A DNA stretch of 64,000 nt from Fimbriimonadales bacterium (GTDB taxonomy: Bacteria > Armatimonadota > Fimbriimonadia > Fimbriimonadales > JABRVX01). Within the stretch, counting starts at the first letter, position 1; each line of letters begins with the position of its first letter. Of this stretch, positions 39,878 through 49,786 are shown one piece after another. The stretch covers positions 11,433 through 75,432 of the forward strand of contig BTVI01000016.1 in NCBI GenBank assembly GCA_045862955.1, read 5' to 3'. A model generated the notes under the pieces. It had not been told where the DNA came from. It ran no database searches and worked only from the letters and a program-made list of their open reading frames with translations. The translations under genes were made by a program, and so were the position numbers.

Positions 39878-40636
39878 CTATCTTCCTGCTCGCTCGCGCA
39901 ACGCTAGTAGGCCGGATATGGCGGCGAAAGCTGCATGCTCGGTGCGGAGCACACGCGGGCCGAGCGAGGCTATCTCCCAGCCGCGCTCCCGGGCGAGCGA
40001 GACTTCAGCGTCCGAGAAACCTCCCTCGGGTCCGACTACGAAAGCGACTGCGTCGCAGGAGCCTGCAACCTCGGCGAGCAGCGGAATGTTGGATCCTTCG
40101 TACAGCAGCACAGCTGGTACGTCAGCCGGCGGTGCGGATGCCAGGTCGCTCGCCCACCCCACCTCGGGGGTGCGTGCGCGAAGGCTCACCTCGGCCGAAT
40201 CACGGGCGATCGCCCGGAGCCTCTCCAGCCGGTTCACTACGCGCGCTTCGGGCCATCGGGCCACGCATCGCTCCGACTCGAACAGCGTAAACCCAGACGC
40301 GCCCACCTCGGTGCAGGAGCGGACGACGGCCTCCAGCTTGTCTCCCTTGGCGATCGCTTGGCAGATGTGAATGCGAGACGCGGGCTCAGTGTCCAGCGTG
40401 TGGCGCTCCAAGACCTCCGCCGACAGGTTGCCTCGCTCGATCCACACGACGCGGCACACGAAGCAGTCTCCCGACCCATCCATCACCGCGAGCGGATCGC
40501 CGACCCTCAGTCTAAGGACATGGTTTGCCTTGTGAGCTTGATCGGCGTCTAAGTTCACGCGCCCGCCGGTGATCTGCTCCGGCAGAACGTGGAAGCGGGG
40601 AAGTGCCCTTATCGCCTCACGACCAGTGCTACCCAC
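39878..40636 (-). CDS. rsmE: 16S rRNA (uracil1498-N3)-methyltransferase
   Basis: HVLRLR, VGPEGGFS, LGPRVLRTEHA; GTG start with GAGGA RBS inside the prmA 3' end. Confidence 0.93.
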   Translation of the reverse strand: MGSTGREAIRALPRFHVLPEQITGGRVNLDADQAHKANHVLRLRVGDPLAVMDGSGDCFVCRVVWIERGNLSAEVLERHTLDTEPASRIHICQAIAKGDKLEAVVRSCTEVGASGFTLFESERCVARWPEARVVNRLERLRAIARDSAEVSLRARTPEVGWASDLASAPPADVPAVLLYEGSNIPLLAEVAGSCDAVAFVVGPEGGFSDAEVSLARERGWEIASLGPRVLRTEHAAFAAISGLLALRERAGR

Positions 40637-41463
40637 TCGCCATCCTCGCGGCGCTCCACAGGCGCGAAACCGGCGTTCTCGCACGCAGCATGCACGCTAT
40701 TCTCGTTGTCGCGGGAGATCCCCGAGAGTATCCACAGCCCGCCCGGCTTAAGGCGCGATACCACATCGCCTGCTAGGCGCACCAGAGTAGCCGAAACGAT
40801 GTTAGACACGGTGAGGTCGAATAGCGCACGGCACCAGCCCACACCTTCCGCGAGCACCACGTCTGCCCTGTCGCCACACCCGTTCCTCTGCAAGTTCTCT
40901 CTGGCCACTGCCACGCTGACCGGGTCCACGTCGCAGCAGACGACGTGGTCTGCACCGAGCTTGAGCGCCGCGATCGAGAGAATCCCGGAGCCGACTCCGA
41001 TATCCAGCACATCGTCTCGGGCTCGCAGATGGTGCTCTAACAGTTCGAGGCACATCTGCGTAGTCGGATGCTCGCCAGTGCCGAAAGCCTGCCCGGGATC
41101 GAGGTCGAGAACGATATCGTCCGCTCCGGCCTCGGTTTGTTCCCAGGAAGGACAGACCACGAGCCGCCGCCCAATCCGCCTGGGTCGGAAGAATGCTTTC
41201 CATGCCTCGGACCAGTCCGTCTCCTCGATCACGCGCGACGCGAGTGTCAACCCCGTGCTTGCCAGTCGTAGCTGAGCCTGCAGCGCTGCGCTGTCTCCGT
41301 TCCTATCGTCCGGCAGATAGGCCGCAACTCGGGGGGGATCGTCATAAAGTACAGAGCCGGGGGCTCCGATCTCGTCGAAAATGGAGAAGAGGGCCTCGAC
41401 GGTGTCCGGACCGGCTGAATCTGGCAGAGCGACCGACAACTCTCGCCAGCGAACCAGGCTCAT
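40609..41463 (-). CDS. prmA: Ribosomal protein L11 methyltransferase
   Basis: DWSEAWK, LDPGQAFGTGEHPTT, LDIGVGSGILSI. Confidence 0.94.
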   Translation of the reverse strand: MSLVRWRELSVALPDSAGPDTVEALFSIFDEIGAPGSVLYDDPPRVAAYLPDDRNGDSAALQAQLRLASTGLTLASRVIEETDWSEAWKAFFRPRRIGRRLVVCPSWEQTEAGADDIVLDLDPGQAFGTGEHPTTQMCLELLEHHLRARDDVLDIGVGSGILSIAALKLGADHVVCCDVDPVSVAVARENLQRNGCGDRADVVLAEGVGWCRALFDLTVSNIVSATLVRLAGDVVSRLKPGGLWILSGISRDNENSVHAACENAGFAPVERREDGEWVALVVRR

Positions 41464-42591
41464 CTATCCCTCGCCGCGAAGAGTGTCCTTGAACTGGTCC
41501 AGGAAGCTCTTCCCCTTCCTGCGTTTGGTAGTTGGGCGTCCGGTTTCGCGCTCGAACTCGAGGAGCAGCTGTTTCTGGCGCTCGGTCAGGTCTGTGGGTA
41601 CTGTCAACCGCAAGCTGACGTGGAGGTCCCCTCTGCCTTCCCGCCCTAGCGCTGGCATGCCTTTGCCTCGGATCCTGATTTCCGTGCCCGGCTGGGTGCC
41701 AGGCTTGATCTCGACCTCGACGGGGCCGTCTACCCCGTCTACGGTCACGGTGTCGCCGAGGGCTAGTTGCGTGAACGTAGTCTCGAGATTGGTGTAGAGC
41801 TCGGTGCCGCGCCGTTGCAGACGCTTGTCCGAAGCCACCGAAACGTTGATGAACAGGTCCCCCGGCGGTCCGCCCTTGATACCGTCGTTCCCCCCGCCAG
41901 ACAGCTGCAGTGTGGCCCCGTCCTCGACGCCTCGGGGGATCTCGATACTCTGCTCGACAGTCTTCTTGACCCGCCCGGAGCCACGGCAGGTGTGACAGGC
42001 ATCTTGAATCACCCTACCTTGGCCTCTGCAGGCATAGCACGGCGTGCTGATGACCGTGGTGCCGAAGAATGTCCTGTGCTGCTCGTTCACTTGACCGAGC
42101 CCCCCACAGTGAGGGCAGCTAACCGGCGAGCTGCCGGGCCGCGCTCCGGACCCATTGCAAGTGTCGCATGTGGTCAGCCTGGAGAAAGATAGTTTCTTGC
42201 GGACCCCCGTAAGGGCTTCCTCGAGCGAGATCTGAACGTTCAGCTCTACCGGCTCGCCGGCCTGGGCTCCGGAGCGGCGGTCGCGGGTCCGACCGCCGCT
42301 TCCGAAAAACATCTCGAAGATGTCGCCAAGGCCCGTGAAGGGGTCCTCGATGGTCATACCGCCAGCGTCGTCACCTACGAAGCCATAGCGGTCGTACCGA
42401 GCTCTTCGCTCATCGTCCGAGAGAACCTGGTACGCTTCGTTTATCTCTTTGAAGCGCTCCTCCGCCATCCGGTCGCCGGCGTTCACGTCGGGGTGATGCT
42501 CTCTCGCGAGACGCCGGTATGCGCTCTGAATCTCAGCGCGCGAAGCATCGCGCGAAACCCCGAGAACCTCGTAGTAGTCGCGAGTCGGCAT
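41464..42591 (-). CDS. dnaJ: Molecular chaperone DnaJ
   Basis: J domain with HPD, G/F-rich region, four CxxCxGxG repeats. Confidence 0.97.
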   Translation of the reverse strand: MPTRDYYEVLGVSRDASRAEIQSAYRRLAREHHPDVNAGDRMAEERFKEINEAYQVLSDDERRARYDRYGFVGDDAGGMTIEDPFTGLGDIFEMFFGSGGRTRDRRSGAQAGEPVELNVQISLEEALTGVRKKLSFSRLTTCDTCNGSGARPGSSPVSCPHCGGLGQVNEQHRTFFGTTVISTPCYACRGQGRVIQDACHTCRGSGRVKKTVEQSIEIPRGVEDGATLQLSGGGNDGIKGGPPGDLFINVSVASDKRLQRRGTELYTNLETTFTQLALGDTVTVDGVDGPVEVEIKPGTQPGTEIRIRGKGMPALGREGRGDLHVSLRLTVPTDLTERQKQLLLEFERETGRPTTKRRKGKSFLDQFKDTLRGEG

Positions 42592-42604
42592 TCCGGAAAG
42601 GCAG

Positions 42605-43147
42605 CTAATCGAGTGCTTCTTCGGTCGCGTCTAGCGGGGACTCCTCGTCACCGCTGTCCGCATCGTCTTCGATCACGACGTCGCTAGGCAGGTCGTCGGG
42701 ATCGATTTCGACCAGGGGCTCCTCGTCTTCGTCGTCGCCTTCGGCCGGCTCTTCGTCGTCCAGCAACACCGACATGTCGGTAGTGTCATCGTCCGCGGCG
42801 ACTTCATCCAGTTCTTCGTCGTCGTCCAACAAGGAGCGGATGTCCGCAGTGGCGGCTAACGTTTCTTCCTCGATATCGAGTGCGGGGAGAGCTACCGTGG
42901 CCTCCAGCGCCAACAGGGTCTCTTCCGGTGTCGGTTCGTGCTCCACCTCCTCGGTCTTGACGTCCAAGATCGGCCGAACCTTGTTTTGAGCTATCTCGGC
43001 AAGGGCGATCGTGAGGCTGTGATTCGAGTCCGTGTCCACCAAGGGTGGAGCGCCTTCCTTCAGCTGCTTCGCTCGCTTGGCGGCCATGAGGGCCAACACG
43101 TAGCTGCTTCCGACTCGTTCCACCAAGTCCGACGTGGATTGGAACAT
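42605..43147 (-). CDS. rpoZ: RNA polymerase omega subunit with long acidic C-terminal tail
   Basis: SSYVLALMAAKRAKQL...LTIALAEI core, followed by about 110 D/E-rich residues. Confidence 0.85.
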   Translation of the reverse strand: MFQSTSDLVERVGSSYVLALMAAKRAKQLKEGAPPLVDTDSNHSLTIALAEIAQNKVRPILDVKTEEVEHEPTPEETLLALEATVALPALDIEEETLAATADIRSLLDDDEELDEVAADDDTTDMSVLLDDEEPAEGDDEDEEPLVEIDPDDLPSDVVIEDDADSGDEESPLDATEEALD

Positions 43148-43356
43148 GAACTGCTGAACCTCCTAGTTCGCGGGCGTCGCATGAGCACGCCCCTCTATCG
43201 TTACGGCTAGTGGTAAGCCGCAGATTGCTCGAGGCTAGGTGCCCTCCGCCCGCAAGCTAAAAAGTGTACCCATGCTATTGAAGGCTACGCAACAGTCTGT
43301 TCACGGGTTCGCATTCTCTCAGACGTTGGGCCCAAGCGGTGCCATAATCGCGAATC

Positions 43357-44298
43357 ATGAAGCTCTCCTTCGCGCCGCTTTCGCAGAGCACCCGGGTGGC
43401 TCTCCTGATAGCCTTAGCTTCGTGCCTGCTCGTGTCCGGGTGTCGTGGCTCCTCCCCCAACACGTCTGCCGAGCCGAAGGGCCGACAAGCCGCGACGACC
43501 CAGCCCGCAGGCCCCCCGACCGGCCAGGCGGCAGGGGCCGGCCAGACTAGCGAGGTCGTTCGCCTGCGATTCGAGCTTCCACCCGACAAGCCAATAAAGT
43601 ACGACCTTACTTCTCGAATGTTCGTGTCCGAGGGTGCCGGGGGTAGTGAGACCTCTAAGCTGCAAATGACCAGTACTACTGTGGCAGTGCAATCCGCCAA
43701 GCGTGCGGACAAGTCAGGCATCTTCCCGGTGGAAGTTCGCTTTCAGTCGCCCAAAGCCACCGTCGAGCGGGGAGGGCAGGCCGATGTCAGCCATGCACGC
43801 ATGCTGGAGGAGCGGCTGCGTTCTCAGGTCCAGGTCTACCGCTTCGACAGCCGGGGTCGCATCCATCTCGGCGAAGGCGACGAGGTTCCGTTCGAGGTCG
43901 GACTAAATGGGCTGGTCTTCCCAGAAGGGCCTGTCGGAGTTGGGGCAACCTGGACGCACTCGTGCAAGCTGAACCTGGCCAAGATCGTCGAAGCGGGCGC
44001 GCCCACCATCCCCGTGACCGCCAAGTTCCGACTACTAGAGCTATCGGACCGCAAAGGGTCCCGCCAAGCCAAAGTTCGCATGGCAGTAGATGCGGCAGTC
44101 GCCGAGGACTCGCCCGACGACAAGACCATCCGATATAGCGGTACGGTCAAGTTGTCCGAGGACGCCTGGGTCGAGGTCGAGACCGGCATCATTCAGAGCG
44201 CAGAGAGCAAGATAGACGTGCAGGTAAGCAAGCTGCAGGGCGGCACCCTTCGCACATTTGTGCGAACAGCCGAGCAGACCATGGTCCGAAGGCCGTGA
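43357..44298 (+). CDS. Hypothetical beta-rich lipoprotein
   Basis: Lipobox LVSGC, P/A/Q-rich linker, FPEGPVGVGATW motif. Confidence 0.75.
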   Translation: MKLSFAPLSQSTRVALLIALASCLLVSGCRGSSPNTSAEPKGRQAATTQPAGPPTGQAAGAGQTSEVVRLRFELPPDKPIKYDLTSRMFVSEGAGGSETSKLQMTSTTVAVQSAKRADKSGIFPVEVRFQSPKATVERGGQADVSHARMLEERLRSQVQVYRFDSRGRIHLGEGDEVPFEVGLNGLVFPEGPVGVGATWTHSCKLNLAKIVEAGAPTIPVTAKFRLLELSDRKGSRQAKVRMAVDAAVAEDSPDDKTIRYSGTVKLSEDAWVEVETGIIQSAESKIDVQVSKLQGGTLRTFVRTAEQTMVRRP

Positions 44299-45122
44299 CC
44301 GCCCGGTTCTGCCTTCTGCTCGTCGCCCTACCACTGGCGTCCGGATGCGGACCGCTTCGTGGGCCGGATAGGAACTCTGCTGCGCTCCCCCAGAACGGCA
44401 CGGTGTCCGACAAGCCGAGGCTGACATTCCGCGATGGCGAGGTTCTTCGCTACAGTCTGGTCCACGATACCCGGTACAGCTTGACCGGGCCGCTAGCTCC
44501 CTCACCCGTAGAGATGCACGTGGCCTTCTCGGCTACGCAGGTCCACTCCGTCGTAGACATCGAGGGGCCGCGAGCGAGGATCGAGGTCCGGCTGGAAGAT
44601 GTGAAGCTGGCCAAGGGGGACGACGCCTTGGCACGACGGATCGCTGGTCAGGTAGCCACGCTGTGGGTCGCACCGAGCGGACTGGCCGAAGTCCGCCATT
44701 CGGAACCTGGCAGGGGTCCCGGTGCGCCGGCCTCCGTCGCCTACCTCGGCGTTGTCTTGCCCAACCGCAGCCCTCGAGCCACCCATCGCTGGGACGTCCA
44801 GCTCTCCTTCCCCATCGGTAGGCTACTCGGCCGTGTGGTGCCCGAGGAGCACGTGATCCCAGTCGCCGTCCGCTACACCCTAGAAGCGCCGCGGGAACGC
44901 GGCCAAGTGTTGCGCTACTCGGGCAGGAGGGACTTCGAGTTCGAACACGCCGCCGAACGCGCGGTCGGCACGCTGGAAGTGAACGGGCTGGCGGAACTCA
45001 CTCGAGACGGCTCGCGGGTAGCTTTCAACGAGGAGTCCGCTGCGGTCGTCGCCGAGATCGAGATGGCAGGCAGGAGCGGCTCGGTCAGGGTCGTCACTAA
45101 GTCAACGCTCCGGCTTCCCTGA
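44295..45122 (+). CDS. Hypothetical lipoprotein, probable paralog of the upstream gene
   Basis: GTGA overlap; lipobox LASGC; LTFRDGEVLRY, VLPNR...W and IPVAVRYTL mirror motifs of the upstream protein. Confidence 0.7.
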   Translation: MTARFCLLLVALPLASGCGPLRGPDRNSAALPQNGTVSDKPRLTFRDGEVLRYSLVHDTRYSLTGPLAPSPVEMHVAFSATQVHSVVDIEGPRARIEVRLEDVKLAKGDDALARRIAGQVATLWVAPSGLAEVRHSEPGRGPGAPASVAYLGVVLPNRSPRATHRWDVQLSFPIGRLLGRVVPEEHVIPVAVRYTLEAPRERGQVLRYSGRRDFEFEHAAERAVGTLEVNGLAELTRDGSRVAFNEESAAVVAEIEMAGRSGSVRVVTKSTLRLP

Positions 45123-45265
45123 GGACCTGCCGAAACTAGCGGTGCAGCAGCCTGCTCGAGCTCGTTAATTCTAGGTAGATAGCCAGGGCTTCGCGCGGCC
45201 GGGGGCCCAAACTGTTGAGCTACCCCTCGGGTGCGCACAAAGCCATAGGTACAATCCCACACCGC

Positions 45266-48200
45266 ATGCACATAAGCGATTGGGCTCTCCAGCTTCGCAG
45301 GCTGGAGGGACTGTCCTCGTTCTGGGACGACGCCGAAGGGCGGGCCGAGTGGCGTGACCTTGCAGTCGAGGCGCGGGCGCCCTTCGTTGCGGCGATGGCT
45401 CGCTCGCGCCTGGAGCAGGATGCTTTTCGCGCTCTCATCGTGACGTCCACCTACGAAAGCGCCCTGCAGTGGCAAGCTCGCTTAGCACTCTACGGCGTAC
45501 CCGAGCGATGCTTGCTCCACCTGCCGAACGGCTCCTCCACCCTGTTCGAGGACACGTCTCCGGAGCTGAACGCCCTCTCGGAGCGGATCGGAGCGCTGCT
45601 TCGCCTGGCTTCCCGCGGCGGTGCCATCGTAATCGCATCTCCCACGGCCGCACTGGAATACACCCTGCCTCCCGCTCGGCTGATCAAGGAAACCATGCTG
45701 CTGGAGGTTGGGCAGGAGTGCAACCTCGAGTTGCTCCTGCGCAGGCTGGTGCGGAAGGGCTATGAGGCCCAGGAGCCCGTCCGCATGCCGAGCGGCTTCT
45801 CGCGACGTGGCGGCATCGTAGATATCTACCCCATGGGCCGAGCCCTTCCCGTTCGCCTAGAGTTCTTCGGTGACGAGATCGAGAGCATGAGGGAGTTCGA
45901 CCCGCAGTCGCAGCGGTCCGTTCGCGAAGTCGAGGAGGTCGCCATACCGCCCGCTCGGGAGACCCTCGTCGGAGACCGTGGCGCCGAAGTTGCCAAGCAC
46001 CTTGCTGCCCGTCTCGAGCGCGAAGCGAGCACCCTCACGGGAGAGGCAAGGGAAGTGCTGGAGGAGGCGATCTCTGCTGATATCGCCGCACTTCAGGCCG
46101 GCCTGTGCTTCGACCGCGAGACCCTCTACCGGCCGCTCGTCAACGATGCGACCACGTGCGCGTTGGACTATCTGGGAGACGACGGGCTGCTCATCGTGGA
46201 CGAGCCCCTGGAGATCAGCGTTCACGTCGAGCGCGCTCACCAGGAGATGCAGCAGGCACTAGAGACCCGTATGGGTCGCGGGGAGATGCTGAGCGCAGAG
46301 GCCGACTGGTTTCTCGCTCCTCCATCTCGACTGGGTGAGGTCAAGCGTCTCATCGCGATGTCGCTGGGGGACTCGACCGCCGACTGGCTCCACGATACCG
46401 TAGTTCGCTCGGCTGGGGTCGCCAGCCTGGCGCCCTACCGCACGAACCCGCAATCGCTGGTGGAAACCATCCGCAATTGGCTGGGTTCGGGCTTCACCGT
46501 CGTGGTCGGCACCGACCAACCCACTCGCGCTCGACAGACCCTCACGGGGATTGACGTACCCTGGTTGGAAGGGGAGATCCGACTAGGGGGATTCCATCTC
46601 GCATCGGGGAACCCGGCAGGCGGGTTCGCGATACCGTCGGAACGGTTTGCAGTGCTTACCGACGCCGAGCTATTCGGCGTGGGCCGGCTTCGGCTTCCGC
46701 AGAAGCGTTACCGCGAAGGTGCCCCCATCGCGACGGTGCTCGACCTCGAGCCCGGCGACTACGTCGTACACATCTACTTCGGAATCGGGATCTACCGCGG
46801 ACTGGTGACGCGCCGGTTCGAAGGGGTGGAGAAAGAGTTCTTGCACATCGAGTACGCGCCACCGGACAAGCTGTTCGTGCCGGTGGATCAGCTCGATCGC
46901 ATCCAGAAGTACCTGGCTCCCACCGATGAGCCTCCCAAAGTCAACCGGCTGCACAGCGGAGAATGGCAACGAACCGTCAAGTCCGCGAAGCAGGGCGCCC
47001 GTGAAATGGCCGAAGATCTACTCAAGATCTACGCCGCACGCGCCAAGGTGACCAAAGACCCTTTTCCTCCGGACAGTCCGTGGCAGGCGGAGATGGAAGC
47101 CACCTTCCCGTGGGTGGAGACGAGAACGCAGCTCCGGGCGATCAGCGAGGTGAAGAGGGACCTGGAGCAGCCGCACCCGATGGACCGATTGGTATGCGGT
47201 GACGTCGGCTTCGGCAAGACCGAGGTGGCAGTTAGAGCGGCTTTCAAGGTGGCACAGGCCGGAAGACAGGTAGGCGTGCTCTGCCCGACTACCATCCTGG
47301 CCACACAGCACTACGAGACCTTTCGTGAGCGACTCGCACCTTACCCCGTGCAACTGGACTTCATCTCGCGGTTCAAATCCCCCAAGCAGCAGAAGGAGAT
47401 TCTGGCCAAGCTTAAGACGGGCGAGCTGGACATAGTGATCGGTACACACCGGCTGCTGTCGAAGGATGTGACGTTCCACAATCTGGGACTGCTCATCGTA
47501 GACGAGGAGCAGCGGTTCGGCGTAATGCAGAAAGAGCAGATCAAGAAGCTGCGAGCACAGGTGGATGTGCTAACACTCACTGCCACGCCGATTCCACGCA
47601 CCTTGAGCATGGCGATGATGGATATTCGCTCGATGTCCGTCATCACGGATCCCCCTCCGGGGAGGCTACCAATCCGCACTTGCCTACGAACCTATCATGA
47701 TAGTGTGGTGCGAGAGGCCATTTTGCGTGAGCTGGCGCGGAACGGCCAGGTGTACTACGTGTATAACCGCGTGCAGCACATTCACCACATCGCGGATCAC
47801 ATAGCCCGGCTGGTGCCCTCTGCGAGGATTGCCGTGGGCCATGGGCAGATGGACGAACGCGAGCTGGAAGCCGTGATGCTCGCCTTCTACCGGGGCGAGT
47901 TCGACGTGCTCGTGTGCACCACGATTATCGAGAACGGCCTGGACGTACCGCGCTGCAATACTATCATCGTGGACGGTGCGGACCGACTCGGACTCGCGCA
48001 ACTCTATCAGTTGCGAGGGCGCGTAGGCCGGTCGGATCGCCAAGCCTACGCCTACTTGCTCTATCGCAAGGAGAAGGTGCTCACGGAGGCAGCGCTTCAG
48101 CGCCTGAAGGCCCTGGAGGAGTTCTCCGACCTGGGGTCTGGGTACTCGTTAGCCTTTCGGGACCTGCAGATTCGGGGTGCCGGGGAGCTGCTCGGCTCTA

Positions 48201-48760
48201 AGCAACACGGGTTCGTGGTAAGTGTAGGCTATGACCTGTTCGTCGAGATGATTCGCGAGGCGGTGAACGACCTTCGCGGTGTGCCACTCGAGGAGGCGTT
48301 CGCAACGCTCCCGACCTTCGATCTGCCCATCACCGCCCAGATCCCTGCGAGCTACGTGACGGACCAGGCCCAGCGACTGTTCTTCTACCGTCGGCTAACC
48401 AGCTCCAGAACCGAAGAGGACCTTGCCGAGGTACTATCGGAGCTGAAAGACCGATACGGTCCCCTCCCCGCCGACGTGGAGGCCGCGGCCGAGGTCATGC
48501 GCCTGAGAATGCGCGCGTATCGTGTGGGAGTAGCCAAACTCGAAATGCGCGAAGGGGTGGCAGACCTCGTGCTGGGTCCTGGCGCGAAGCTGAGCCCCAA
48601 AGTTTGTACGCTCTTGACGCAGGCTGTGGGGACGGCTACGTTCAAACCAGAGGGAGTAAGGTGGCATCCGAGGTCGGACATCCTCGGGTCGATCCGAAAA
48701 ATACTGAGAGCGCTCGAGAAAGCGCCGGAAGTGGCGCAGAGGGCGGCATCACCCGCCTAG
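45266..48760 (+). CDS. mfd: Transcription-repair coupling factor
   Basis: RRGGIVDI, GDYVVH, MDRLVCGDVGFGKTE, DEEQRFG, QLRGRVGR, TRCF C-terminal domain. Confidence 0.97.
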   Translation: MHISDWALQLRRLEGLSSFWDDAEGRAEWRDLAVEARAPFVAAMARSRLEQDAFRALIVTSTYESALQWQARLALYGVPERCLLHLPNGSSTLFEDTSPELNALSERIGALLRLASRGGAIVIASPTAALEYTLPPARLIKETMLLEVGQECNLELLLRRLVRKGYEAQEPVRMPSGFSRRGGIVDIYPMGRALPVRLEFFGDEIESMREFDPQSQRSVREVEEVAIPPARETLVGDRGAEVAKHLAARLEREASTLTGEAREVLEEAISADIAALQAGLCFDRETLYRPLVNDATTCALDYLGDDGLLIVDEPLEISVHVERAHQEMQQALETRMGRGEMLSAEADWFLAPPSRLGEVKRLIAMSLGDSTADWLHDTVVRSAGVASLAPYRTNPQSLVETIRNWLGSGFTVVVGTDQPTRARQTLTGIDVPWLEGEIRLGGFHLASGNPAGGFAIPSERFAVLTDAELFGVGRLRLPQKRYREGAPIATVLDLEPGDYVVHIYFGIGIYRGLVTRRFEGVEKEFLHIEYAPPDKLFVPVDQLDRIQKYLAPTDEPPKVNRLHSGEWQRTVKSAKQGAREMAEDLLKIYAARAKVTKDPFPPDSPWQAEMEATFPWVETRTQLRAISEVKRDLEQPHPMDRLVCGDVGFGKTEVAVRAAFKVAQAGRQVGVLCPTTILATQHYETFRERLAPYPVQLDFISRFKSPKQQKEILAKLKTGELDIVIGTHRLLSKDVTFHNLGLLIVDEEQRFGVMQKEQIKKLRAQVDVLTLTATPIPRTLSMAMMDIRSMSVITDPPPGRLPIRTCLRTYHDSVVREAILRELARNGQVYYVYNRVQHIHHIADHIARLVPSARIAVGHGQMDERELEAVMLAFYRGEFDVLVCTTIIENGLDVPRCNTIIVDGADRLGLAQLYQLRGRVGRSDRQAYAYLLYRKEKVLTEAALQRLKALEEFSDLGSGYSLAFRDLQIRGAGELLGSKQHGFVVSVGYDLFVEMIREAVNDLRGVPLEEAFATLPTFDLPITAQIPASYVTDQAQRLFFYRRLTSSRTEEDLAEVLSELKDRYGPLPADVEAAAEVMRLRMRAYRVGVAKLEMREGVADLVLGPGAKLSPKVCTLLTQAVGTATFKPEGVRWHPRSDILGSIRKILRALEKAPEVAQRAASPA

Positions 48761-48769
48761 GAGGTGCAC

Positions 48770-49786
48770 GTGAGTACACCGGCAAGAAATAGGCCCGCGG
48801 TGGCGGATGCCGAACAACTGAAGCAGTTCTACAAGGACATGCTGCTCATTCGTCGCTTCGAGGAGAAGTGTGAGTTCGCCTATCGCGCGGGCAAGATCGG
48901 CGGGTATCTCCACTTGTACATCGGACAAGAGGCGACCGGTGTGGGATGGCTTTCGGCATTGCGTCCCGGGGACTCGGTAATCGGTGCGTACCGAGTGCAC
49001 GGTTTCGCACTGCAGATGGGTACCGACCCCAAAGTGGTGATGGCAGAGTTGTTCGGGCGTGTCACCGGATGTGCGCGCGGCAAAGGGGGTTCCATGCACC
49101 TCTACGATATCCCTCGTGGTTTCTATGGGGGATGGGGGATCGTAGGGGGACACGTACCACTGGGCGTCGGATTGGCTTTCGCAGCGAAGTATCACAACAC
49201 GGGGCAGGTAGTGCTCTGTTTCATGGGCGACGGTGCTGTGAATGCCGGCGTTGTTCCCGAGGTGATGAACATGGCATCCTTGTGGGACCTGCCCATCGTG
49301 TTCATCATCGAGAATAACCAGTTCGCAATGGGGACGCGCTTGGAGTACCACGCGGCGGACACCGAGCTGCATAAACGAGCCGCGCCATTCGCAATGGGAC
49401 ACGAGAGATTGGATGGAATGGACGTTGTGCAGGTGCGTCGTGATGCGGACCGGATCATCTCTCAAGTGCGTGAGACTTCGCGGCCATACTGCGTAGAGAT
49501 GATGAACTATCGATTCGTGGGGCACGGCGCCGCGGATGTTAGCCAGAACCTGTACCGCACGGAAGAAGAGGTCGCCGAATGGCGCAACCGTGACCCGCTC
49601 CGCGTCCACGGCCAGAGGTTGATACGGGAGGAGATCGCCACCGAGGCCGACATGGAGCTGTGGGATATCGAGATACAGCGGATTGTCGAGGAGGCCTACA
49701 CGTTCGCCGATACCTCTCCCGAACCACCCATTGAAGAGGTGTACGAGCACGTGTATACGGACATGATGCCGGAGGTGGGACACTAA
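48770..49786 (+). CDS. pdhA: Pyruvate dehydrogenase E1 alpha subunit
   Basis: GYLHLYIGQEA, GKGGSMH, GDGA...ENN TPP-binding motif; RBS AGGAGG. Confidence 0.92.
   Translation: MSTPARNRPAVADAEQLKQFYKDMLLIRRFEEKCEFAYRAGKIGGYLHLYIGQEATGVGWLSALRPGDSVIGAYRVHGFALQMGTDPKVVMAELFGRVTGCARGKGGSMHLYDIPRGFYGGWGIVGGHVPLGVGLAFAAKYHNTGQVVLCFMGDGAVNAGVVPEVMNMASLWDLPIVFIIENNQFAMGTRLEYHAADTELHKRAAPFAMGHERLDGMDVVQVRRDADRIISQVRETSRPYCVEMMNYRFVGHGAADVSQNLYRTEEEVAEWRNRDPLRVHGQRLIREEIATEADMELWDIEIQRIVEEAYTFADTSPEPPIEEVYEHVYTDMMPEVGH

Noticed and set aside
40610..40612. Non-canonical ATA start for rsmE overlapping the prmA stop
   Set aside because: An in-frame GTG at 40636 with a GAGGA RBS explains the start without invoking ATA.
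48749..49783. 344-aa minus-strand ORF
   Set aside because: Antisense shadow of pdhA.
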